From NCBI GenBank assembly GCA_038886535.1, contig JAVZXS010000001.1, forward strand, positions 1 to 64,000: a DNA stretch of 64,000 nucleotides, given 5' to 3'. Shown in pieces: positions 1 to 7,716 of this stretch; position 1 is the stretch's first letter; each line of letters opens with the position of its first letter. The DNA is from Candidatus Micrarchaeia archaeon. Lineage in GTDB: Archaea > Micrarchaeota > Micrarchaeia > CABMEP01. Under the pieces are notes generated by a model that made no database searches, had not been told where the DNA came from, and worked only from the letters and a program-made list of their open reading frames with translations. The translations under genes and the position numbers were made by a program.

Positions 1-62
1 TTATGAGGGGGGCTAAGTCGTAACAAGGTATCCGTAGGGGAACCTGCGGATAGATCACCTCC
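1..62 (+). rRNA. rrs: 16S rRNA, 3' end (partial)
   Basis: AAGTCGTAACAAGGTA, helix 45 and anti-SD GATCACCTCC ending at 62. Confidence 0.98.
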
Positions 63-214
63 AATTTATTAATTAAATTGGTTTCAAGTGTGCACAATTC
101 CATTTCGTTATGAATTATAATTATAGCGCATCAAGCAAGGCACTGAATGTTGTAATTGAATTCTGAAGTATAGATCATGGGCTCGTAGCTCAATGGTAGA
201 GCGCCTCCTTTGCA

Positions 215-287
215 AGAACTTTCTTAGGAAAGAAGTTTCATCAAGACTTCTTTGATGAAACTTTCTTTATAAGAAAGTTTCCAAGAT
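215..287 (+). other. tRNA-Ala intron 1 (canonical 37/38, 73 nt)
   Basis: Central helix TTTG(209-212)/CAAG(282-285), bulges CA^A and AT^A; long internal inverted repeat. Confidence 0.93.
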
Positions 288-309
288 AGGAGGAGGCTGC
301 GTGTTCGAA

Positions 310-341
310 ACGTGGTCTCCTACAAGGAGGCTGTGCGTAAT
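310..341 (+). other. tRNA-Ala intron 2 (non-canonical 59/60, 32 nt)
   Basis: Central helix TTCG(304-307)/CGTA(336-339) with one U-U mismatch, bulges AA^A and AT^T, intron hairpin 311-335; removal restores the TTCGAAT T-loop. Confidence 0.9.
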
Positions 342-400
342 TCACGCCGAGTCCATAACGCGTCTTCCGAATGGATGATGCGTGCATCATGCGAATATAC

Positions 401-420
401 GTTTGAGTGAAAGACACGAA
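401..420 (+). other. 5' strand of 23S pre-rRNA processing stem (pairs with 3628-3647)
   Basis: GTTTGAGTGAAAGACACGAA is the exact reverse complement of TTCGTGTCTTTCACTCAAAC. Confidence 0.9.
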
Positions 421-2795
421 GCAGTGATAATCACTGTATTTGTGAGTGCTACGCCATTCAGGGGATGGCTAGGCTTGGTTTTCAGGCAGACGTGGCAAGC
501 TGCGATAAGCGACGGGTAGCTGCAAGCAAGCGTTGATCCGTCGATCTCTGTGTGCCTGGCGACAGGTAAACACGCGGTGAATTGAAACATCTTAGTAGCC
601 GCAGGAAGAGAAACCAATCGGGATCCGGTTAGTAACGGCGAGCGAAAGCCGGAGAGAACAAACTGAATCCTGTGCAGTAATGTACAGGAGATGTGGGCGT
701 CTCAACCATCCTTTACTGGAGCTGAAGTCAGCTGGAACGCTGCGCGATACAGGGTGAGAGCCCCGTAAGCAAAAGGTAGAGGAGGGAGACGAAAAGAGTA
801 ATACTGGTTGGTAATCCAGTATGAAGATGGGTGGAGCAACATCCAATTCTAAACAGGTAACCAAGACCGATAGCGGATTAGTAGCGTGAGCGAACGCTGA
901 AAAGAACCCAGAAATGGGAGTTAAAAGTGCCTGAAACTGAATGGTCACAGGTTGATACGGTATGAAAGGGACGAAGGAGTCAAAAGGAAGCAGCAGCAAT
1001 GCTGTTGTACGATGACTCTGGACCAGTATCGTATCGTACTTCTCGAATCAAGATCCAGGGAGTAGATAGTAGTGGCGAGCCGAAAGGCGGAGCGAAAGCG
1101 AATGCACGCAGTGCTGAACGAGGTGCATCGTACGAAAGTGCGTTTAGTCACTATTATCTGACCCGAAACGGTTGCGATCTACACTGGAGCAGGCTGAAGC
1201 CGGTCTAACGACTGGTGGAGGGCCGCAACTAGTGCTAGTATATCTGCTTAGGTGACTCCTGTGTAGGGGTGAAAGTCCAATCGAGCACCGCGATAGCGGG
1301 TTCCTCCCGAAGCATCCCTCAGGATGACCCCTGTGGAGATGGATTGTGGGGTAGAGCACTGATTAGAAAGAATAGGTTCGAAAGAGCCTGCTTTCTTGTC
1401 AAACTCCGAATCTACAATCATCGTAGAAGCAGGGAGTCGGGTTTCGCTGGGTAAGCTAGCGAGCCGTGACGTGAACGAACGAGTCTTGGGTTAAAGCCCC
1501 TAAATTCCAGCTAAGTGTGAAGCCACAAGGAATGTATATTTCTAGACAGACGGGACGTAGGCTTAGAAGCAGCCATCGTCTAAGCAACGCGTAATAGCGG
1601 ACCGTTCGACACCAACGTTTGTTGGGGGAAATATACAGGCCGAAAATGTACGGGACTAAAGCTGGATGCTGAGACCCAAGGGCACACCCGAAAGGTGTGA
1701 TCCGGTAGGGAGGTGTGCGGTACGGAGAGAAGTTGGGGCGTGAGCTCCAATGGACCGTATTGCAATAAATATCCTGGAGTTAGTAGCAGCAAATACTGGT
1801 GAGAATCCAGTACGCCGAAAGCCCACGGTTTTCTTGGCAACGTTCGTCAGCCAAGAGTTAGTCGGTCCTAAGTCTCCAGCTAATTACTAGGAGACGAATG
1901 GGAAACAGGTTAATATTCCTGTACCATAGTGGTAGACGCGGCAACGCAAGGTAGGAACATGACGTCTGGGGCTAGGCAGAGCAGGGGAGACCCTGTTTAA
2001 GCGACATAGTACTGCGGAGTCTCGTTATGAGGAGAAGCAGTATAAGGCGCGAATAGCCCTCGTTTGAGGGTTCTGTTGAGGCCTTGGACCCGTGAAAAGT
2101 GGTCCTATCCGATCCACTATGACCGTACCTAGAACTAGTACAAGTGTGGCTAGCTGAAAAGGCTTAGGCGTGGTAGGGGAACTCTCGTTAGGGAATTCGG
2201 CAAATTAGACCCGTATCTTCGGTAGAAGGGTTGCCTGCGCTTGTATCTTAAGGTGCATGTGCAGGTCTCAGTAACAAGGGGAGAGCGACTGTTTATCAAA
2301 AACACAGGTAACCGCAAAATCGTAAGGTCTAGTACGGTTGCCGATGCCTGCTCACTACCAGTACCCGAAAATCTCGTTCAAGAGATCTAAGGGCTGGCGA
2401 AGAGCGGGGATAACTCTGATCCTCTTAAGGTAGCGTAATACCTCGTCGCTTAATTGGCGACTTGCATGAAGGGCATAACGACTCTCCCACTGTCCCAACG
2501 AGGGACCTAGTGAACTCACTGCTCCGTGAATATGCGGAGGAATCCTAGTGGGAAACGAAGACCCCGTAGAACTTTACTATAGCCTGTTGTTGGAACTCAG
2601 GGATTGTTGCAGAGAGTAAGTGGGAGCGTAGAAACCTCGGTTGCGGCTGAGGTGGATGCGAAAGTGTAACACCACTCTTCAATCTTTGTGTTTCTTACCT
2701 GAAAGGGGACAGCGGCAGGTGGATAGTTTGGCTGGGGCAGTACGCCCTCAATAAGGAAATAAGGGCGCCCAAAGCTCTGCTCAACCCGGTCAGAA

Positions 2796-2908
2796 ATGAC
2801 CGCATGGTGGCGGATGATATAATGAACAACCTCTGACGCAGCATCCTACTGCGATTTAGTGATGAGGTTGAACAGCGAATGACGCATATCATCGTGCGGC
2901 CACTGAAA
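2796..2908 (+). other. 23S rRNA BHB intron in helix 84 loop (~E. coli 2310/2311), 113 nt
   Basis: Central helix TCAG(2790-2793)/CTGA(2903-2906), bulges AA^A and AA^G, intron stem 2797-2810/2889-2902; splicing restores ACCCG GTCAGAAGT CGGGT. Confidence 0.93.
2810..2885 (+). ncRNA. Putative intron-encoded box C/D guide sRNA targeting the U2552 equivalent (3295) of 23S rRNA
   Basis: Box C-like ATGATAT 2814-2820, D' CTGA 2833-2836, C' GTGATGA 2859-2865, D-like ATGA 2879-2882; 12- and 13-nt spacers both complementary to the A-loop at 3291-3303; GCG/CGC terminal stem. Confidence 0.7.
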
Positions 2909-3050
2909 GTCGGGTGAAGACGGTTAAAGAGAAATGCAGGGCTGACTGTGTCCTTAAAAGCGTGGGACGCAGAGGCGAAAGCCGGGCTTAACGAACACTG
3001 AAATCCTTTTGTTAAGGGCTCAGTCTGTCAGACAAGTTACCTCGGGGGTA

Positions 3051-3148
3051 ATCTTCTCAGTTGCACCACATCACCTTGGACATACACTCCTCTCCAATAT
3101 TCATTATCGTATTTTTATTGTCCTTTTCTGTAACTGTGAAGACCCAAA
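3051..3148 (+). other. 23S rRNA BHB intron in the peptidyl-transferase centre (E. coli A2450/A2451), 98 nt
   Basis: Central helix GGGG(3045-3048)/CCCA(3143-3146), bulges TA^A and AA^A, 14-bp intron stem with one mismatch; splicing restores GGGGGTAACAGGC. Confidence 0.93.
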
Positions 3149-3175
3149 ACAGGCTCGTCGCGGGCGAGAGTACCC

Positions 3176-3220
3176 TGCGACAGCTTAGTCTTCGTTAGAA
3201 CACTAGTCTGTCGCGTACAT
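3176..3220 (+). other. 23S rRNA BHB intron in helix 89 (~E. coli 2477/2478), 45 nt
   Basis: Perfect central helix GTAC(3170-3173)/GTAC(3215-3218), bulges CC^T and AT^A, stem GCGACAG/CTGTCGC; splicing restores GAGAGTACCCATCGAC. Confidence 0.92.
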
Positions 3221-3808
3221 ATCGACCCCGCGGCTTGGTACATCGCTGTCGACCTATCTCATCCTGGGCGTGCAGGAGCGCCCAAGGGTTGGTTTGTTCA
3301 TCCATTAAAGAGATACACGAGTTGGGTTCAGTACGTCGCGAGACAGTACGGTAGTATCTACTAGGATTGCATCTGCCTGAGGGGAACGCCCCACTAGTAC
3401 GAGAGGAACATGGGACGGGCGCCTCTAGTGTACCGGTTGTAACAAGCATTGCCGGGCAGCCACGCGCCAAATCATAAGACCTGAAAGCATCTAAGGTCGA
3501 AGGATTGCCCAAAACTAGGCAGACGTGAGAGCGGGTAGCAGACCCGTTTGATAGGTCAGTGGTGTAAGCAGCGAGCTTACGCGAGCTGCGAGCCAGCTGA
3601 TACTAAATCTCCTTACTCACAAATCTTTTCGTGTCTTTCACTCAAACTTATTTCTTATTTTTCTTTAAAATTATACTTCCCTAGCGTAAGCTCTTTTGAG
3701 TAATCTGATATATTTATATTCCTTTATTTGCATATTATATTATTCACAGATATGTTCTGTGATCTGTTTTAATTGTATCTACAATTTTATCTATTTGTAG
3801 GTGAAAAA

Positions 3809-5023
3809 ATGGCAATTACTAACAAATATGAAGTAATTATTGTAGGCGCAGGACCTGCTGGTTCTGTATGCGCAAACTTCCTAGGAAGAGAAGGTAGAAA
3901 AGTACTTTTAGTGGATAAGGCAAAGTTTCCGAGAGACAAGACTTGTGGAGATGCTTGCAGTGGAAAGTCCATCTCGGTTCTCAGGGAATTAGGAATTCTT
4001 CCTGAAATTAAGAAAGTTGCACATGGAGTAAACAATGGAGTGATCTTCTCATCACCAAAAGGAACAATCCTTGAGATCAGAACTGAAGGCCAAGATGGAT
4101 TTGTATGCAGAAGAGAAATACTTGATAACATTCTATTCAAGGCAGCAAAGAAGTATGTTGACACTTTAGAAGAATTTACTGTTACTGATTTAATTAAGGA
4201 TGGAGAACAAGTAATAGGAATTGTAGGAAAAGATAAGAATGGAAAAGAACAAAGATACTATGCAAATGTTGTTGTTGGTGCAGATGGTGCAATGTCTGTA
4301 GTTGCACAAAAAGTAGGTGTATTTGAAGTTGATCCTGCGCACCATTGTGTTGCAGTAAGAGGATATTATGATGGAGTAACTGGAATGAAGGATGTTATAG
4401 AGCTTCACTTCACAAAGACAGCAATACCTGGTTATTTCTGGATATTTCCGTATGAAGACGGAACCGCAAATGTCGGATTAGGAATGCTTACAAAAGATGT
4501 TAAGGCTAAGAACATCAATCTCAAAGAACTAATGGAAAAGGAGATTAAAGAAAATCCAATGTTTAAAGAAAGATTCAAGAACGCCAGGTTAATAAGTGAG
4601 ATTAAGGGATGGAGCCTTCCATTAGGTTCAAAGATAAGAAAACATATAGCTGGAGATGGATGGGTTTTAATTGGAGATGCAGCCTCTTTAATAGATCCTT
4701 TCTCTGGAGAAGGAATGGGTAATGCGATGCTTAGTGGAAAGCTAGCTTTTAGAACTATAAGCAAAGCACTCAGAATGGGTGTTTACAGTAAGAAAATATT
4801 GAGCGAATATGAAGAAGAAATAAAAAGAGAACTAAAGAGTGAGCTTGAGATGAGTTACTTATTACAGAGATTAGGAAAGATTGAATTCCTTCTTAACTTA
4901 GTTATAGATAAAGCAGCAAAGAACCCAGAAATAAGAAAAGAAATTACATCTATGATAGTGAATGAAGAAGCAAAGAAGAACTTCTCTTCTCCTCTATTCT
5001 ATCTTAAGCTTCTATTTAGCTAA
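3809..5023 (+). CDS. Geranylgeranyl reductase family FAD-dependent oxidoreductase
   Basis: VGAGPAGS, FPRDKTCGD, GYFWIFP, GDAASLIDPFSGEG; ATG at 3809 after GGTGA. Confidence 0.92.
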   Translation: MAITNKYEVIIVGAGPAGSVCANFLGREGRKVLLVDKAKFPRDKTCGDACSGKSISVLRELGILPEIKKVAHGVNNGVIFSSPKGTILEIRTEGQDGFVCRREILDNILFKAAKKYVDTLEEFTVTDLIKDGEQVIGIVGKDKNGKEQRYYANVVVGADGAMSVVAQKVGVFEVDPAHHCVAVRGYYDGVTGMKDVIELHFTKTAIPGYFWIFPYEDGTANVGLGMLTKDVKAKNINLKELMEKEIKENPMFKERFKNARLISEIKGWSLPLGSKIRKHIAGDGWVLIGDAASLIDPFSGEGMGNAMLSGKLAFRTISKALRMGVYSKKILSEYEEEIKRELKSELEMSYLLQRLGKIEFLLNLVIDKAAKNPEIRKEITSMIVNEEAKKNFSSPLFYLKLLFS

Positions 5024-5166
5024 TTTTAAAATTTTTTCTTTTCCTATTTTGTGTTTTTATTGAATCGTGTTTTTCATTCCTTTTCTCATTTTATTTTTTC
5101 TCAATAGTATAAATAGTTGAAAGTATCTTTTTAATGATTATTAATAACCAATCTTCTTATAATTAG

Positions 5167-5241
5167 TGCTCCGATCGGGATTTGAACCCGAGTTTCAGCC
5201 TTGAAAGGGCTGCGTCCTTGACCGGGCTAGACGATCGGAGC
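5167..5241 (-). tRNA. tRNA-Glu(TTC)
   Basis: Cloverleaf; anticodon arm CAGCC CTTTCAA GGCTG; GGTTCAAATCC. Confidence 0.97.
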
Positions 5242-5297
5242 TTAAAGAAAAAACTAGTAGAATATAATATGTACAAAAAGAAATAAATACCTTCCTT

Positions 5298-5888
5298 TTA
5301 ATCTCTCTGATGGAATATCTTTTCTATCAACTCCTGTCTTACTTCTTCAAAAGGTTTTACTGTTTCTAGAGTTATCCATTTAGAAAGATAGCCCTCACTA
5401 GCAAGTTGTTTATATCTTAAATTTGCTTTTAATAAGAATTCTTCATCTCTTTCAAATCTCGTATATCTTTTCTTTCCTTTCATTCTTTCTATTGCGATAT
5501 CTGGGGATATTGAAAGGTAAACAATATAGTCTGGTTTGATTACTCCTATTGTATTTATTAATTCCTTTGCTTTTGTATAATTTATTCTTTGAAATGCGAT
5601 CGTTGTAAGTACATATCTATCTGCAATAACCCAATATCCTTTCTCTAAATCTTTTTTTATATATTCTTGATCTTTCATTATATCTGCAAGAAATAATAGA
5701 AATTGGGATTCTGAAGATAGTTCTATATCTTTATTTAAGAAGTTTTTAATCGGTCTTCCAAATATCCCTGCTTTATCAGGATATTCATAAAGTTTAACTT
5801 TTTTCCCTAATTTCTTTAAATGTGAAATGAACGCATGAACGTGTTTTGTTTTACCAGAACCGTTTATTCCTTCAAATACTATGAACAT
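5298..5888 (-). CDS. tmk: Thymidylate kinase
   Basis: FIVFEGINGSGKT P-loop, DRY motif, KPD. Confidence 0.93.
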   Translation of the reverse strand: MFIVFEGINGSGKTKHVHAFISHLKKLGKKVKLYEYPDKAGIFGRPIKNFLNKDIELSSESQFLLFLADIMKDQEYIKKDLEKGYWVIADRYVLTTIAFQRINYTKAKELINTIGVIKPDYIVYLSISPDIAIERMKGKKRYTRFERDEEFLLKANLRYKQLASEGYLSKWITLETVKPFEEVRQELIEKIFHQRD

Positions 5889-5982
5889 AAAATTATTTTG
5901 TCAGATTAATTTAAAAGGTTATGTATATCTAAGTTCGAATACTAATATAAATAGATAAATAAAAATAAAATAAAAGGAGATT

Positions 5983-6303
5983 TTATCTAAGGAAAGAAAA
6001 GTTTGATGTACCTTCATCCTCTCTAGATGTAGATTGCGGTGGTGTATAGCTATATTGCATTTGGCTTGCTCCTTTTGAAACCACAATCACATCTTCGAGT
6101 GATCTAACGTTCTTATAGAGAACGGTTTTTTCTTTTATTATTCTTTGTGCATCTTCTCTAGATGCTGTGTGGATGCTCTCAAGAGTAAGTCTGACTACCT
6201 CTCCTTTCTCCACGTCAACAATAATATCATATACTTTTCCAAGGTATTTTCCTGTATCGGAAAAGATATCCATTCCATATAGTTTACTTAAGCGGATTGA
6301 CAT
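5983..6303 (-). CDS. PRC-barrel domain protein (CdpB-like, cell-division associated family)
   Basis: LSKLYGMDIFSDTGKYLGKVYDIIVD pattern typical of archaeal PRC barrels; start moved to ATG at 6303. Confidence 0.8.
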   Translation of the reverse strand: MSIRLSKLYGMDIFSDTGKYLGKVYDIIVDVEKGEVVRLTLESIHTASREDAQRIIKEKTVLYKNVRSLEDVIVVSKGASQMQYSYTPPQSTSREDEGTSNFSFLR

Positions 6304-6367
6304 ATTTATCGCCTCTAATCTAATATGTAATAATATATTTAAAAATATTACTTCTTTCCTATTATTT

Positions 6368-6691
6368 ATGAGACGAGAAGAGAATAAAAGAAAAGAGGAT
6401 ATATTTATCAAAACGAATGGTATAATATTGAATTTATTACTTCAAGAAGAAAGAGTAAAGATTAGTGATATATGTAAAAAAACAGGTTTGAGTCTTCCCC
6501 ATGTAATAAATATAGTTAAGAGACTTGAAAATTTAGGTCTTTTAACAACGAAAAAGGAAAAGAAATTTAAATATGTAGCGCTTACTGAAAATGGTATTAA
6601 AATAGCAGAAAAAATAAAGGAATTTATAAATTTTATTAACGAAGAAGATTTAATAAATTTAAATGATTATAAAAGGAAAATAAAAAGATAG
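6368..6691 (+). CDS. Winged-helix (MarR-like) transcription regulator
   Basis: ISDICKKTGLSLPHVINIVKRLENLGLL...VALTENG; start moved to ATG at 6368. Confidence 0.8.
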   Translation: MRREENKRKEDIFIKTNGIILNLLLQEERVKISDICKKTGLSLPHVINIVKRLENLGLLTTKKEKKFKYVALTENGIKIAEKIKEFINFINEEDLINLNDYKRKIKR

Positions 6692-6725
6692 AATAAAAAC
6701 GAAAAAATGAGCAAAATAACTTGTT

Positions 6726-7070
6726 TTATAATAATTTAAGATCTTTTGTATATTTATCTATTTCTTCATCATACCATGGACCTATCACTAAACATGTAAT
6801 TGTATCTGGTTCTAATTGTGTAAGACCTGCATCTCTTATTAATTCGGATGGTAAATTGTCTTTAACCTTTTCATAGAGTGATATCAACTCTGACTCTGAT
6901 TTTATTTTCAATATTGCTTTCTTTTGACCTGAATTTAACCACTCTAAAATTAGTTGTTTGTTTTTCTGCTCTACTTTAATGAAACCTGTTACTGCTGCGT
7001 GTGCTGCGTGTGCTGCCAACTTTCCTTTACCTATCTTTAAATCTTCTCTAAAAATAATTACTTGTTTCAT
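6726..7070 (-). CDS. pth2: Peptidyl-tRNA hydrolase, Pth2 type
   Basis: KQVIIFREDL, GKGKLAAHAAHAA, GQKK, IRDAGLTQ, IGP. Confidence 0.95.
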   Translation of the reverse strand: MKQVIIFREDLKIGKGKLAAHAAHAAVTGFIKVEQKNKQLILEWLNSGQKKAILKIKSESELISLYEKVKDNLPSELIRDAGLTQLEPDTITCLVIGPWYDEEIDKYTKDLKLL

Positions 7071-7132
7071 AGTATATAATGTTCCATAATGGTTTAAAAA
7101 AGTAATCTACATATATAATATATTACTATTTT

Positions 7133-7205
7133 GGGGTCGTGGGCTAACCTGGTATGCTGACAGCTTTGGGAGCTGTTGATCTGAGTTCAAATCTCAGCGA
7201 CCCCA
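7133..7205 (+). tRNA. tRNA-Pro(TGG)
   Basis: Cloverleaf GGGGTCG/CGACCCC; anticodon arm ACAGC TTTGGGA GCTGT. Confidence 0.97.
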
Positions 7206-7346
7206 TTTAATTTTGTCACTTATTTTAATCTATTTAATGTTTAAGTTCTGACATAATTTTATAATCTAAGAAATATATCGGTATAAATATATAGCAAAAA
7301 ATAGGAAAAGAATAAAAAAGAAGAATAAATAAAAAAAATAAAACGC

Positions 7347-7562
7347 TTACGCATTCTTCATTTTTGCTTCGTATACGTAACCGTCCTTTCCGACGTAGTA
7401 CATGAAGCCTGGCTTCTTTGTGATCTTTTCTGTTCCCACTTTTGCCTTCTTTCCTTTTTTGTTCGCCTTCATTGGCGCTTTCCAAACATATCCATCTTTA
7501 CCAACGTAGTAGAGATATCCTTCTTCTCTCTTAATCTTTTCATTTCCTATTTTCTTTCCCAT
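7347..7562 (-). CDS. Small basic two-repeat protein, function unknown
   Basis: 71 aa with two copies of K(I/V)GxEKIxxxxG(Y/F)xYYVGKDGYVxxAxMK; GAGGTG RBS upstream of ATG 7562. Confidence 0.85.
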   Translation of the reverse strand: MGKKIGNEKIKREEGYLYYVGKDGYVWKAPMKANKKGKKAKVGTEKITKKPGFMYYVGKDGYVYEAKMKNA

Positions 7563-7716
7563 TAAAAACACCTCGTATATATAATCAGTATTATCTATAA
7601 TATTTAAAAATGTATTCGATTGTATTCGGAAAGATAGAAAACAATTTAAATACAACAGTTTAATAAATATGATTAAATATTTAATGGAAATTATCTAAAT
7701 AGAATGGTGTGATAAT

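Larger units (their letters stand above)
179..355 (+). tRNA. tRNA-Ala(TGC) with two introns (215-287 at 37/38; 310-341 at 59/60)
   Basis: Spliced sequence GGGCTCG TA GCTC AATGGTA GAGC G CCTCC TTTGCAA GGAGG AGGCT GCGTG TTCGAAT CACGC CGAGTCC A folds as a full cloverleaf; both junctions form BHB motifs. Confidence 0.95.
438..3624 (+). rRNA. rrl: 23S rRNA with three BHB introns (ends approximate)
   Basis: Universal motifs GAATTGAAACATCTTAGTA, GGCTTAGAAGCAGCCA, CTCTTAAGGTAGC and sarcin-ricin loop AGTACGAGAGGAAC; closing helix ATTTGTGAGT(438-447)/ACTCACAAAT(3615-3624). Confidence 0.98.

Noticed and set aside
2796..3220. Group I/II introns or homing endonuclease genes in the 23S inserts
   Set aside because: The inserts are 45-113 nt, have BHB junctions, and show no catalytic core or long ORF.
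387..3512. ORFs called within the rRNA operon
   Set aside because: They overlap 23S rRNA and are chance frames in GC-rich structural RNA.
3625..3808. 5S rRNA downstream of 23S
   Set aside because: Only AT-rich sequence with T-tracts; no 5S-like sequence.
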